Under the pieces are notes generated by a model, which saw only the letters and a program-made list of their open reading frames with translations, was not told the origin of the DNA and did no database searches. DNA of 64,000 nucleotides, taken from assembly GCA_963691875.1 (NCBI GenBank), contig OY829846.1, positions 896,001-960,000 of the forward strand. Direction: 5' to 3'. Every line of letters starts with the position of its first letter. Within the stretch, counting starts at the first letter, position 1. Position numbers and translations under genes: made by a program. Below are positions 10,519 through 20,390 of the stretch, piece by piece. The stretch is from Aureliella sp. GTDB lineage: Bacteria > Planctomycetota > Planctomycetia > Pirellulales > Pirellulaceae.

Positions 10519-12027
10519 CTATCGTTTCGGCCGCGGTACAGGATCGGGATAGCGAGCCAAAATGTTTTTCAGTTCGTCCAGAATCTCAGGCGACTCCTTG
10601 GCAATGTTGATTTCTTCTACTGCAGAACTCGAATAGTCATAGAGTTCGTACTCTGGCTTCGCGTCGCGGTTGTTGAGTGGTTGCCACTCCACTAGGCGAT
10701 AGCGTTCCGTACGAATCGCACGGCCGAGTTTTCTTTTTGGATACGCGTGATATGCATGATCTCGCACTCGGGCACTCCCGTCCTTCAGCACTGGCACAAG
10801 ACTTACACCGTCGAGCCGCTGAGTCACGTCCGGTTCCCCTAGGCCCGCGATTTCAGCAATGGTCGGGAAAATATCCACGCTTTCAGCCAACTGCTTCGTA
10901 GATGCCCCTGCTTCCGTCACTCCTGGTGCCCGAATCAGAATCGGAATGCGATTGGCTTGCTCGTAGTTCGTATGCTTAGTCCAAATCCCAAGATCCCCCA
11001 GGTGCCAACCGTGGTCTCCCCAGAGAACCACGAGCGTACTCTGATCTAGCTCGAGCCGTTCGAGCTCGTTGAGTACTTTGCCAATTTGTGCATCAACATA
11101 GGCAGTGCTGGCATAGTAGCCATGAATCAGGTCGCGTTTTAATTCACTCGAGAACTCTGCTTGCGGGTCCGCTGGAACCGGCTTGAAATTGCAGATCTCA
11201 CCGCCCCTTTTGTGGCCAGCGGAAACGGACTGCGATGGCAAACCTTCGATCTCTGGCATCGGAAGTTTATCTGGATCAAACAAATCCCAGTACTTTTGCG
11301 GCGCGCTGAACGGCAAATGCGGTCTTGCAAATCCCGCGACCATAAAGAACGGAGTACCTTCTGCCGACCTCCGTTTCTTGGCTTGCTGAAGTCGCTGAAT
11401 CGTTTCGTTTGCGACTCGGCCATCTGCGTAAGCTTCGTCCTGCACATCAGGCGATTCGAAGGCCGCACCGCGAGGCAGAGAGCGGATTTGTCCAAGTTTC
11501 TGATTGGTGAAAAATGCCTCTTCCCGGGTCAGTTGACCTCCGTCGGTGCTATCTGGTTCCAAGTACTCGATCACCTTCTCGTGGAAGTGGTCAACCTGGA
11601 ATGAATCGGGATCACCGAAATTACCGTGCCCAATGTGAAAAACTTTGCCAAGCGATTCCGTTCGGTATCCCTTCGACGCGAAGAACTGAGGCATCGTGAT
11701 CGCATCCGGCAACACATCGCGCAGCTGACTGCCGAGCCCATAGAGACCTGTGGTGGTGGAGTGTGATCCGAGCAACAAAGTGAATCGCGAAGGAGCGCAG
11801 ACTGCTTGATTGCAGTAAGCGAGATCGAATCGCATCCCACTGTTCGCTAACGCATCGATGTTTGGCGTGTGAGCGAACTTGTCACCGTAAGCTCCGATAT
11901 TCGGCTTTAGGTCATCCACCAACAGCAGAAGCACATTCGGCTTGTCCTGGGCCTTAGCGCAGCAGCTGACTAGGCACAGTTGTAGGAGTACAGCGAACTG
12001 CAGATTCAGCGTGAGGCGTCGATACAT
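10519..12027 (-). CDS. Iduronate-2-sulfatase/choline-sulfatase-like sulfatase
   Basis: PNVLLLLVDDL, CAPSR, GKVFH, RPHLPF, GDHGWHLG; signal peptide. Confidence 0.92.
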   Translation of the reverse strand: MYRRLTLNLQFAVLLQLCLVSCCAKAQDKPNVLLLLVDDLKPNIGAYGDKFAHTPNIDALANSGMRFDLAYCNQAVCAPSRFTLLLGSHSTTTGLYGLGSQLRDVLPDAITMPQFFASKGYRTESLGKVFHIGHGNFGDPDSFQVDHFHEKVIEYLEPDSTDGGQLTREEAFFTNQKLGQIRSLPRGAAFESPDVQDEAYADGRVANETIQRLQQAKKRRSAEGTPFFMVAGFARPHLPFSAPQKYWDLFDPDKLPMPEIEGLPSQSVSAGHKRGGEICNFKPVPADPQAEFSSELKRDLIHGYYASTAYVDAQIGKVLNELERLELDQSTLVVLWGDHGWHLGDLGIWTKHTNYEQANRIPILIRAPGVTEAGASTKQLAESVDIFPTIAEIAGLGEPDVTQRLDGVSLVPVLKDGSARVRDHAYHAYPKRKLGRAIRTERYRLVEWQPLNNRDAKPEYELYDYSSSAVEEINIAKESPEILDELKNILARYPDPVPRPKR

Positions 12028-13380
12028 GGGTTCATGAGTCTCGTGTGAATGGTAACTTGCATCAAGGTCTTGGAAGGAAGCAAGATTGTAGACAAAGCAA
12101 AGTAGGTTTGTGCTTCGTCAGAAAAGAATCAAATCTTCCTTTGCAAACTGAGCCGGCCCTTACCGCGGGATCAACGCCACTCGAGAGCATAGAATCAGGG
12201 ACCGACGATTGAAACTCGTCCTGAAGCGAAGCAAGAAGCCATAGAATAATAAACGTAGGCAGCATCAACATCTCGAAGCCTTAGAGCAACAGGATGCAGA
12301 TCGACTTGAAGGTGGCAAGCTCTGTCAAAGGTGGTCTTGAGACTCAACGCGGTGTAGACGACAAATACGAACGTAACTGGAGGTATTAGCAGGTCTCGTC
12401 ATCAAGAGATTGGTAGGAACAATAGTTGTCCTAAGCCAAGGAAAAGGAAGAGTTTAAAAGGAGGCAGTAGACGGCTGCGTGAGCAAAGTTGCGTCGCTGC
12501 TTTCTGTGAAAAACAGGAACCCAAGCTGCCAGCATTGAAATCAACAGTGTGATAGACCGTAGGTGATTCGCACCAATTGCTTGCGATAGGCCGCAATACC
12601 TTCCCGGTGTATAGAATGCAGGCAAAGTTCCGCCAATTAGTACTTCCACGTCCCGTTCTCGAGTCCCAATTCCGCGAGGTATATCTCAATAGCCTTGTCA
12701 TCGCGTTTGATTTATTCAAGCTTATGAAAAGGAAACGTAAGGGCGAATCCTGGCATCAGAATACGGTCACGTCAACGGATGCATTGGCTTGAAATTCTTA
12801 ATCCTCAACGGGTTGCGAAGCGGTTGATTCGATCAGTAAGAACACCAGACCTGCAGCTAGCATAACCAATGCTACCGGAGTCAAATATCAAACGTGTTTT
12901 CGCTCGATTTAGTCACTACTCAGTTGGCCAGGACGAAACAGAAGCGTCCTCATGCTGCGGATGAATATTCCGTCATACCACATTAGGTTTTTGGAAGCAT
13001 CGCCAAGCAAATCCCGAACTCGAATCTCACGTGGGCCAACCTTCTGACTGCGAATATTGCAATACTTTGCATGCTCTGCGAGCGACTGCTAGCACTTCCC
13101 GCATTGGCCAGTTTGAGTGCTGGATTTGGAAGTGCGCTTCAATGCGTTTCCGCCGCAATTGAGAACGAAAAATGAGGAGTATAAGGTTCGCTTGCCTCCG
13201 AATTAAACCAGAGCCTTCCGGCCAAGACGCGGATAGTCTCGTGCCATGATCCCCCTTACTTTCCCGAAGATTTAGGCCTTGTAAGGCCTTATAGGCTGGT
13301 AGGCGAACTAAGGTATAGAGGATCTACCGGCTAAGCCCAATCACGTTGCTGTATTTCCAACCGCAATTTGGCTGAACAAG

Positions 13381-16300
13381 ATGCTGTTTTCATTAGAGAA
13401 TTGGACACAACTGACAATGCCACGCCTTTTGATGCCTAAATGGCAAACGCCGAGTTACACACTCTGTTTAATCCTTCTTCTCGCAAATACCCCTACCCTC
13501 CAAGCCCAGGACTCTGACGAGCCCAAAGACGAAGCCCCCGGAATCAATTCGGGCTTGGTCTCACCACTGAAATTCCGAAGTCTTGGTCCCGCTCTCATGT
13601 CGGGGCGAATTGGCGACATTGTGGTAGATCCGGTGGACCGATCAACTTGGTACGTTGCAGCTTCTTCGGGTGGAGTCTGGAAGACAACGAATGCTGGAGT
13701 AACATTCTCGCCGATCTTTGATGGCTACGGGTCTTACTCCATTGGCTGTTTGGCTCTCGATCCCAACGATCGATTCACAGTTTGGGTTGGAACAGGCGAA
13801 AACAACTCCCAACGCTCCGTTGGCTATGGAGACGGACTATACAAGTCGACCGACGGTGGCCAAAGCTTCAAGAAGGTCGGTCTGGGAGAAAGTGAGCACA
13901 TCGGGATGATCGCAGTGCACCCGAACGATGGTGACACGGTTTTCGTTGCTGCCCAAGGACCACTTTGGCGATCTGGCGACGACAGAGGTCTTTACAAGAC
14001 GACTGACGGGGGGAAAAACTGGTCCAAAATTCTCGACATCAGCCCCGATACTGGTATCAACGAGGTCCACATTGATCCGAACAACCCGGACATCATGTAC
14101 GCTTCTTCCTACCAGCGAAGACGCCACACTTGGGTGTTAATTGATGGTGGACCAGAATCAACTGTCTACAAGTCAACCGACGGTGGCGACAATTGGCGAA
14201 AAATCGACCGTGGTCTGCCTGGTGGCGACAAGGGACGTATCGGTCTAGATATCTCGCCTATCAACCCAGAGATCCTCTACGCCGTGGTTGAAGCTGCTGG
14301 CGGCCAAAGTGGATTCTATCGCAGTTCGAACCGAGGCGAGACATGGCGTCGAATGAGTGATGCAGTTTCCGGTAGCCCGCAATATTACAACGAAATCGTC
14401 GCCTGTCCTCACAAGCTCGATAGGATCTATCTGCTAGATACCTACATGCGAGTTTCCGAAGACGGCGGTGAAAGCTTTAGCAGCCTTGGCGAAGCGGATA
14501 AGCACGTCGACAACCATGCAATCGTGATTGACCCGAACGACGCAGAGCATCTTATCATTGGCTGTGACGGAGGGGTTTATGAGTCCTGGGACCGCGGACG
14601 GACGTACGACTTCAAACAGAATTTGCCGCTGACTCAGTTCTACAAAGTCGCTGTTTCCAACGACGAGCCATTCTATTATGTCTACGGTGGAACACAGGAT
14701 AATGCGACTCAAGGTGGCCCATCTCAGACCAACAATATCCACGGCATACGCAATCAAGACTGGTTCATCACCGTCTTCGGCGATGGCTTTGATCCCGCGG
14801 TAGATCCGAATGACCCTGACACCATCTACTCGCAGTGGCAATACGGCGGTTTGGTGCGATTCAATCGCAAAACCGGTGAAAGGGTCGATATTCGCCCGCG
14901 TGAATCCAAGGATGGCCCAGCGCTTCGCTGGAACTGGGATTCGGCTCTGATGATTTCGCCCCATGATTCCAACCGCATATACTACGGGTCACAAATTCTG
15001 TTCCGAAGCGATGATCAAGGGAACAACTGGGAACCAGTGAGCGAGGATCTTTCCAAGCAGATCGACCGCAACAAACTAAAAGTCATGGGACGCGTCTGGG
15101 GCGTTGATGCCGTTGCTAAGAATGCTTCGACTTCGCTCTACGGCACCATCGTCTCAGTGGACGAATCACCACTGGTCGAAGGCTTGATCTACGCTGGAAC
15201 CGATGACGGCCGAGTCTCTGTCACCGAAGATGGTGGCAAAACCTGGAACTCGATCGACACCTTTGGCAATTTAGATGTACCTGAGTTCGGATACATCAAC
15301 GACATCGAAGCTGACTTGTTCGACAAAGACACCGTTTACGTGGCAGTGAACAACCACAAGCGTGGTGACTTCAAACCATACGTTGTCAAGTCAACGGATC
15401 GTGGCAAAACGTGGGAAACCATCACGAGTAACCTGCCGGAGCGAGGAAGCGTCTACACGCTAAAGCAAGACCACAAGAATGCACAACTTCTATTCTGCGG
15501 CACCGAGTTTGGCTGCTTCTTCACGCTTGATGGCGGCCAAAAGTGGGTCCAATTGCGATCCGGCATTCCTACCATTGCTGTGCGGGACATCGAGATACAG
15601 CGACGTGACGATGCCTTGGTACTAGCCTCCTTCGGCCGTGGATTTTACGTTCTCGATGACTACTCACCGCTCCGTGAAGTCACCGCAGAAACCAGCAAGA
15701 GCAATCACATGTTCCCAATCAAGAAGGGTAAGATGTTCCGACGCATCAATCCGCTCGGATCAGGCCTGCGTGGCTTCCAAGGAGCGAATTACTACGAGGC
15801 GTCCAACCCTGAATTTGGCGTTAGATTTACTTTCTATCTCAAGGAATCTTTGACAACGGAGAAGAGTAGGCGTCAGAAGAAAGACAGAGCATCCAGTTCC
15901 GCTAGGAAAGATACGCCTTACCCAAGCTGGGCAGAACTCAAAGCTGAGGACCGCGAGGTTTCACCGCGCCGCTGGCTGACAATTCGTGATGCGGACGGCA
16001 ATGTTGTTCGTCGCATGAACACCAGCACCGGCAAAGGCATGGTTCACACCTACTGGGACTTCACTACCGCTGGATTCGGTGGACGCGGTCCGACAGCTGT
16101 GCCAGGAAAGTACACGGTAGACGTGCAGCAGATGGTGAATGGAGAAGTAACTCAAATCATTGCGGCCCAAGAATTTGAGATAGAGCCTCTCACTTTCGGA
16201 GACACCTCTGAAATCGATCGCCAAGCGATTCTCGAATTTAGCCAGGAGATCGCGAAGTTGGGCAACGTCGTCTCGGCCGCATCTGCCCTAGCTTCCGAGG

Positions 16301-16689
16301 CGGCAGATCACCTCGCCGCAGTCGAACGTTTGACATCCAGTTCTACCGAGGCTGATCCAGCCATGTGGGCAGAGATTCGCAAGCTGCAGGTTCGTTTGTT
16401 GGATCTAGAAGAGAAGTTCTCCGGAGATCCAACCAAGTCAGCACGGAACGAAAGCGCGAAGCCTGGTCTGCAATCCCGATTGCGAACTGCAATGTTTGGC
16501 GCGATGGGCAGTACGACTGGGCCAACTGGCACGCATCGTCGGCAGTTTGAGATCGCCGGCGAACTCTACCTCGAGCTCGAAGCGGAATTGCGACAACTCG
16601 TCGAGCGAGATGTACCGCGTGTATTAACCAAGTTCGATTCGATTGGTGCACCTTGGACTCCTGGGCGCAAACTTCCGAAGTGGAAGTGA
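13381..16689 (+). CDS. Secreted BNR/Asp-box (VPS10/sortilin-like) beta-propeller protein, putative glycosyl hydrolase
   Basis: FRSLGPALMSGRI start and many S/TxDGGxxW Asp-box repeats. True start is probably one of the downstream Met codons preceding the signal peptide. Confidence 0.88.
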   Translation: MLFSLENWTQLTMPRLLMPKWQTPSYTLCLILLLANTPTLQAQDSDEPKDEAPGINSGLVSPLKFRSLGPALMSGRIGDIVVDPVDRSTWYVAASSGGVWKTTNAGVTFSPIFDGYGSYSIGCLALDPNDRFTVWVGTGENNSQRSVGYGDGLYKSTDGGQSFKKVGLGESEHIGMIAVHPNDGDTVFVAAQGPLWRSGDDRGLYKTTDGGKNWSKILDISPDTGINEVHIDPNNPDIMYASSYQRRRHTWVLIDGGPESTVYKSTDGGDNWRKIDRGLPGGDKGRIGLDISPINPEILYAVVEAAGGQSGFYRSSNRGETWRRMSDAVSGSPQYYNEIVACPHKLDRIYLLDTYMRVSEDGGESFSSLGEADKHVDNHAIVIDPNDAEHLIIGCDGGVYESWDRGRTYDFKQNLPLTQFYKVAVSNDEPFYYVYGGTQDNATQGGPSQTNNIHGIRNQDWFITVFGDGFDPAVDPNDPDTIYSQWQYGGLVRFNRKTGERVDIRPRESKDGPALRWNWDSALMISPHDSNRIYYGSQILFRSDDQGNNWEPVSEDLSKQIDRNKLKVMGRVWGVDAVAKNASTSLYGTIVSVDESPLVEGLIYAGTDDGRVSVTEDGGKTWNSIDTFGNLDVPEFGYINDIEADLFDKDTVYVAVNNHKRGDFKPYVVKSTDRGKTWETITSNLPERGSVYTLKQDHKNAQLLFCGTEFGCFFTLDGGQKWVQLRSGIPTIAVRDIEIQRRDDALVLASFGRGFYVLDDYSPLREVTAETSKSNHMFPIKKGKMFRRINPLGSGLRGFQGANYYEASNPEFGVRFTFYLKESLTTEKSRRQKKDRASSSARKDTPYPSWAELKAEDREVSPRRWLTIRDADGNVVRRMNTSTGKGMVHTYWDFTTAGFGGRGPTAVPGKYTVDVQQMVNGEVTQIIAAQEFEIEPLTFGDTSEIDRQAILEFSQEIAKLGNVVSAASALASEAADHLAAVERLTSSSTEADPAMWAEIRKLQVRLLDLEEKFSGDPTKSARNESAKPGLQSRLRTAMFGAMGSTTGPTGTHRRQFEIAGELYLELEAELRQLVERDVPRVLTKFDSIGAPWTPGRKLPKWK

Positions 16690-16724
16690 GCTCTTGAATT
16701 AAGAAGAGAGACTAAAAGGAACTG

Positions 16725-16755
16725 ACGCGGTTGCGAAATGGTAACCGCGTTTTTT
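16725..16755 (+). terminator. Intrinsic terminator
   Basis: acgcggttgc-gaaatg-gtaaccgcgt followed by a T run. Confidence 0.8.
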
Positions 16756-17626
16756 CTATTTGAGTCTCCCCTTACTTCGGCGCGTCGCGGCTACGCAACG
16801 CAATCCTCCCTGTTCAAGTACGCTAAATCATCTCCATACACCTGTGGTTACCCGGTCGCGCAGACTGTGACAGACTGTGAATAAGGCGTAGGGGGTTGTT
16901 TGAAGTTCCTGCCCTCATCAGCGTAACAACCGATACGACGAATCGGCTAACTCGTGTTCGACTCAAGGTAATTGCATTTGCTTTGCCGGAATCTGTGCTT
17001 TCTTACAAAGTAGTGCCACTCCCCCTCATCACCTCATCCTTGATGCAAGTCCATCGCATCTCGCCCAAGCGATGACTGACTCTTTGATTTGGAACTGTTT
17101 CTGTGTCGAGGGTTCAGCAGCAAGTGCTCGACGGATCGGCGAGCTTCAAAAGCTGATTAGCTCTCATTTGAAAGAAATTAAAAGGTGCAGCAGCCTGGAA
17201 GTCGGCGTTGCAATAAACCAGTTCATTCTTGAACGCCTGATCAAAGCCGAGTCCGACGGGATCAAAACCGGGTCGTCAGCTACAAAATCATTGGCTTGTT
17301 ACACACAGGCGAAGAAACGCTCCAGTTCACCGACGTTGAGCCGACGAGTGCGCCCCGGTTCTTTCGGTTCCTTATTCGGATTCTGGAATATCTTGGGTGC
17401 ACAAGCGATTGGAAAAGGCTCCTCTCATTCATGCCGAGACAAGCGCAATTTTCGCCGAAGCTCCAAGGATGGCCCGCGTATTGACCTCGAAATCTGCCAC
17501 TCCCGCGACCTTACCCTGCGAGAGCGAAAAATTTCTTTACTTAGCCACGTTCAGTTTTTGCGAGCATTTCACAATGGTCTTTTTGCTAAGAATCGACAAT
17601 TTTAAGGTGAAACCAACTAACGCTAT

Positions 17627-17657
17627 TTGACTGTAAAGGGAGAATCTGCTGTAATAT
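17627..17657 (+). promoter_or_regulatory. Candidate sigma70-type promoter of the DUF1559 gene
   Basis: TTGACT at 17627-17632, with TGTAAT (17-nt spacer) or TAATAT (19-nt spacer). Confidence 0.35.
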
Positions 17658-17829
17658 CCTCAAATACCAACCTAGTCAACCCCATTGTGACTAATTTACC
17701 TACGACTTTTCGTCGTCACCACCGCAGGTCATCCTTCCCGATTTGGCCTACGTACCTCTCGAAGAAACCTCAGCTACACCTCCGTGTGTAGATTCCTTTT
17801 TTTTGTTTCTGGTTTTAGGGAAAGTTGCT

Positions 17830-18954
17830 ATGGTCGTTAGGCGACGTGGCTTCACGCTAGTGGAATTGCTAGTGGTGATAGCCATCATCGGAATTCTGGT
17901 CGGGCTATTATTGCCCGCAGTGCAAGCTGCTCGAGAAGCAGCACGCCGCATGCAGTGCAGTAACAACATCAAGCAAATTGCACTTGCAATGCACAACTAT
18001 GAGAGTGCTCACAAGAAATTTCCAACTGGCACGACGGCGTTTTGGCCTCAAAACATCATCGGTCCAGATTTGGGGGCTGGCCCGATTCACGGACGCAGAA
18101 GACGCGGATTTACCAACAATCGTAATCCGAGCGTCCGCGTGCAAAATGGTTGGTACGACGGACAAGTCGGCTGGCCAATCTATATCGCGCCGTTCATTGA
18201 ATTGACCAACGTTTACAACATTTTCGACTTCCGTGGCCGTGCCTACACCAGTGAGGTTAACGATACTTGGTTTAACAACTACGGGCCGGATGCAACCTTC
18301 GCAGATCCACAGTCAAATCCTGGAGCTGCGAATCAGATCTTGGCCTGCAGCTCGGCTCCAGCTTCGTTTCTTTGCCCAAGCACACCCTTCAACGGAATTG
18401 AAGGTCATCACAAAGACTACGCGATGAATTCCGGACTAGGCCGGTGGGCAAACTGGAGAGTCGGCAATCCACAGGAGTCTGGCATTTCCGGAACTCGCCA
18501 ATCAAGTTGCTGTCCGGAACGTTCACACACAGTGAGCGGCCCTGGCGGACGTATGCAATGGGTGCGACACGGTGAAATTACCGACGGCACATCCAACACA
18601 CTTCTTGTCTTGGAGCAGAGTTCGGCCATCCCGAACTGGGACACGCCTGCGAATCCTTTCTTATGGGTCAATCACAACTCCCAAGGTTTAGCGGTAGCGA
18701 TCCAAGGTGGTCGTTTGTATCCACCAAACCCAGATCCGTTCAACGATTTCTTCACTCACCGTCCTAACACCACTGGCCGTCCAGGCTGGGGATTGGCAGG
18801 ACGCTGCTCTTGGGGCTGGCACACGGGTGGAGTCATGACTGGGATGTGTGATGGCAGTGTGCAATTCATCACTGATAACATCGCAATGCCACCTTGGCGC
18901 CGTTTGCACAGCATGAACGATGGCCAAACCGTCAACGTTCAAGACCCAACATAA
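17830..18954 (+). CDS. DUF1559 prepilin-type N-terminal cleavage/methylation protein (H-X9-DG)
   Basis: [61 protein letters not shown] 17830 preferred over the upstream TTG. Confidence 0.95.
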   Translation: MVVRRRGFTLVELLVVIAIIGILVGLLLPAVQAAREAARRMQCSNNIKQIALAMHNYESAHKKFPTGTTAFWPQNIIGPDLGAGPIHGRRRRGFTNNRNPSVRVQNGWYDGQVGWPIYIAPFIELTNVYNIFDFRGRAYTSEVNDTWFNNYGPDATFADPQSNPGAANQILACSSAPASFLCPSTPFNGIEGHHKDYAMNSGLGRWANWRVGNPQESGISGTRQSSCCPERSHTVSGPGGRMQWVRHGEITDGTSNTLLVLEQSSAIPNWDTPANPFLWVNHNSQGLAVAIQGGRLYPPNPDPFNDFFTHRPNTTGRPGWGLAGRCSWGWHTGGVMTGMCDGSVQFITDNIAMPPWRRLHSMNDGQTVNVQDPT

Positions 18955-18980
18955 TCACTAGATGATTTAAGAAACAACAC

Positions 18981-19012
18981 AATGCGTCCAGGTCAGCTTG
19001 GACGCATTTTTT
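18981..19012 (+). terminator. Intrinsic terminator
   Basis: aatgcgtcca-ggtcagct-tggacgcatt followed by a T run. Confidence 0.8.
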
Positions 19013-19171
19013 GTTCACATCGTTCCGTGCGAAAGTTTGTGCGTTCCGTAAACGAGACAGACGCACAAGGAATAAATTGCGCAAGATCTGGGTCTAGTGA
19101 ACCAATTGCCGTAGCTTAGAAAGCTCGTTACCAGACAATCAAGCGAAAACTCAACCCAACCGAGGATAAAG

Positions 19172-19666
19172 ATGCATCGACCAATACGTTATTCTTTTCT
19201 GGCTATAGCGCCCTTGTTACTGTTCTCCGCAGCTGGCTGCGGACCACCAGAATACTACAAGTGCGCGGGTGTTGTCACCAAAGATGGCGAACCCGTCCCC
19301 TGGGTTATGATCGAATTCATGCCTGACGAGATCGACACTGTGCGTCCGCCCCGAGGAATCGCCGACAAAGAGGGCAAATTTGTGATGAAGAGCGCACGCA
19401 AGATTGGTGTTCCACCAGGAACTTATACAGTGCGAATCATTGACCCTGCAGCCGATGATGGCGGCCAAACGATCAAGCCAGGTGACGAGCACTACGAAAA
19501 CTATTCGTATGTTGTGGATCGCTACTCAGCGCAAAAATCGGACTTGAAGTACACTGCCGATTCCCACCAGAGTTCCTTTGAACTGAAGGCTGACACGCGC
19601 GAGTATACTGGTCCAGCTGTCCAACAAGAAAATGTACAGAACACAACTGATGGCGCCGACGAGTAG
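19172..19666 (+). CDS. Lipoprotein with carboxypeptidase-regulatory-like fold (usual DUF1559 partner)
   Basis: Lipobox AAGC, G.VT.DGEPV...I.F.P, D..GKF, GVPPGTYTV.I. Confidence 0.8.
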   Translation: MHRPIRYSFLAIAPLLLFSAAGCGPPEYYKCAGVVTKDGEPVPWVMIEFMPDEIDTVRPPRGIADKEGKFVMKSARKIGVPPGTYTVRIIDPAADDGGQTIKPGDEHYENYSYVVDRYSAQKSDLKYTADSHQSSFELKADTREYTGPAVQQENVQNTTDGADE

Positions 19667-19714
19667 GTAGCTCCAATCACCTTTTGCACGATTTGGAGAA
19701 CAACTAAACCAGCT

Positions 19715-19745
19715 AAGCCGCGACAATCTTGTCGCGGCTTTCTCT
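19715..19745 (+). terminator. Hairpin / probable terminator
   Basis: Inverted repeat aagccgcgacaa-tc-ttgtcgcggctt after the lipoprotein stop; weak U tract. Confidence 0.6.
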
Positions 19746-19797
19746 ATATAATCGTTACTTAGTAAGTGATGAAACCTCCCAACTCGCTCTCCAAATT

Positions 19798-20322
19798 ATG
19801 CTTCAAGAAAAAGCCTTACGTGACGCGGCGCTGCAAGTGTTCACCTTGCTGCGGTCGGGCTCCAACATGCTGGTCCTCGCCGAGAGCTGTACCAGCGGGG
19901 CGATTGCTGCAGCACTCGGAGTCGTACCAGGGCTTTCAGCACATTTCTGTGGCTCGCACGTAATCTATCGAAACCCGAGCAAGCAACTTTGGTTGGGAAT
20001 CGCAATTGAAATACTCGACGGTCCAGGCCCAGTAAGTGCTGAGTGCAGCCGCGCGATCTGTGAAGCTGCTCTGAAAAAAACCCCAGAGGCAAGCCTTTCC
20101 CTGGCCATAACAGGAGACTTGGGACCAGGAGCTGATGCAGAAAGAGATGGCATGACATACGTTTGTATAAAACGACGCGGGGAAGATTGCCAAGAAATAA
20201 GCCATCACCTGAGTGCTCCACCGCCACGCGATTCCCAAGATATTCTTGGCCGAGAGATGCGCCAAAAAGAAGCCACGCTCTTCACCCTAAAATACCTTGC
20301 GGATTATTTACGAAAGGCATGA
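19798..20322 (+). CDS. CinA-family (PncC-like NMN deamidase) protein
   Basis: LAESCTSG, PG.S..F.GS..IY....K, GPVS, ITG.LGP motifs. ATG 19798 chosen because the upstream TTG lies inside the hairpin. Confidence 0.85.
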   Translation: MLQEKALRDAALQVFTLLRSGSNMLVLAESCTSGAIAAALGVVPGLSAHFCGSHVIYRNPSKQLWLGIAIEILDGPGPVSAECSRAICEAALKKTPEASLSLAITGDLGPGADAERDGMTYVCIKRRGEDCQEISHHLSAPPPRDSQDILGREMRQKEATLFTLKYLADYLRKA

Positions 20323-20390
20323 CTTGACTTGTAAGCCATTCCCAACACAAATGGCTCTTAAAAAGAACTCGCATCCCAAGAGCACCTCCC

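Noticed and set aside
17072..17605. 177-aa ORF upstream of DUF1559
   Set aside because: Ser/Arg-rich, no motif, no convincing RBS; probably spurious.
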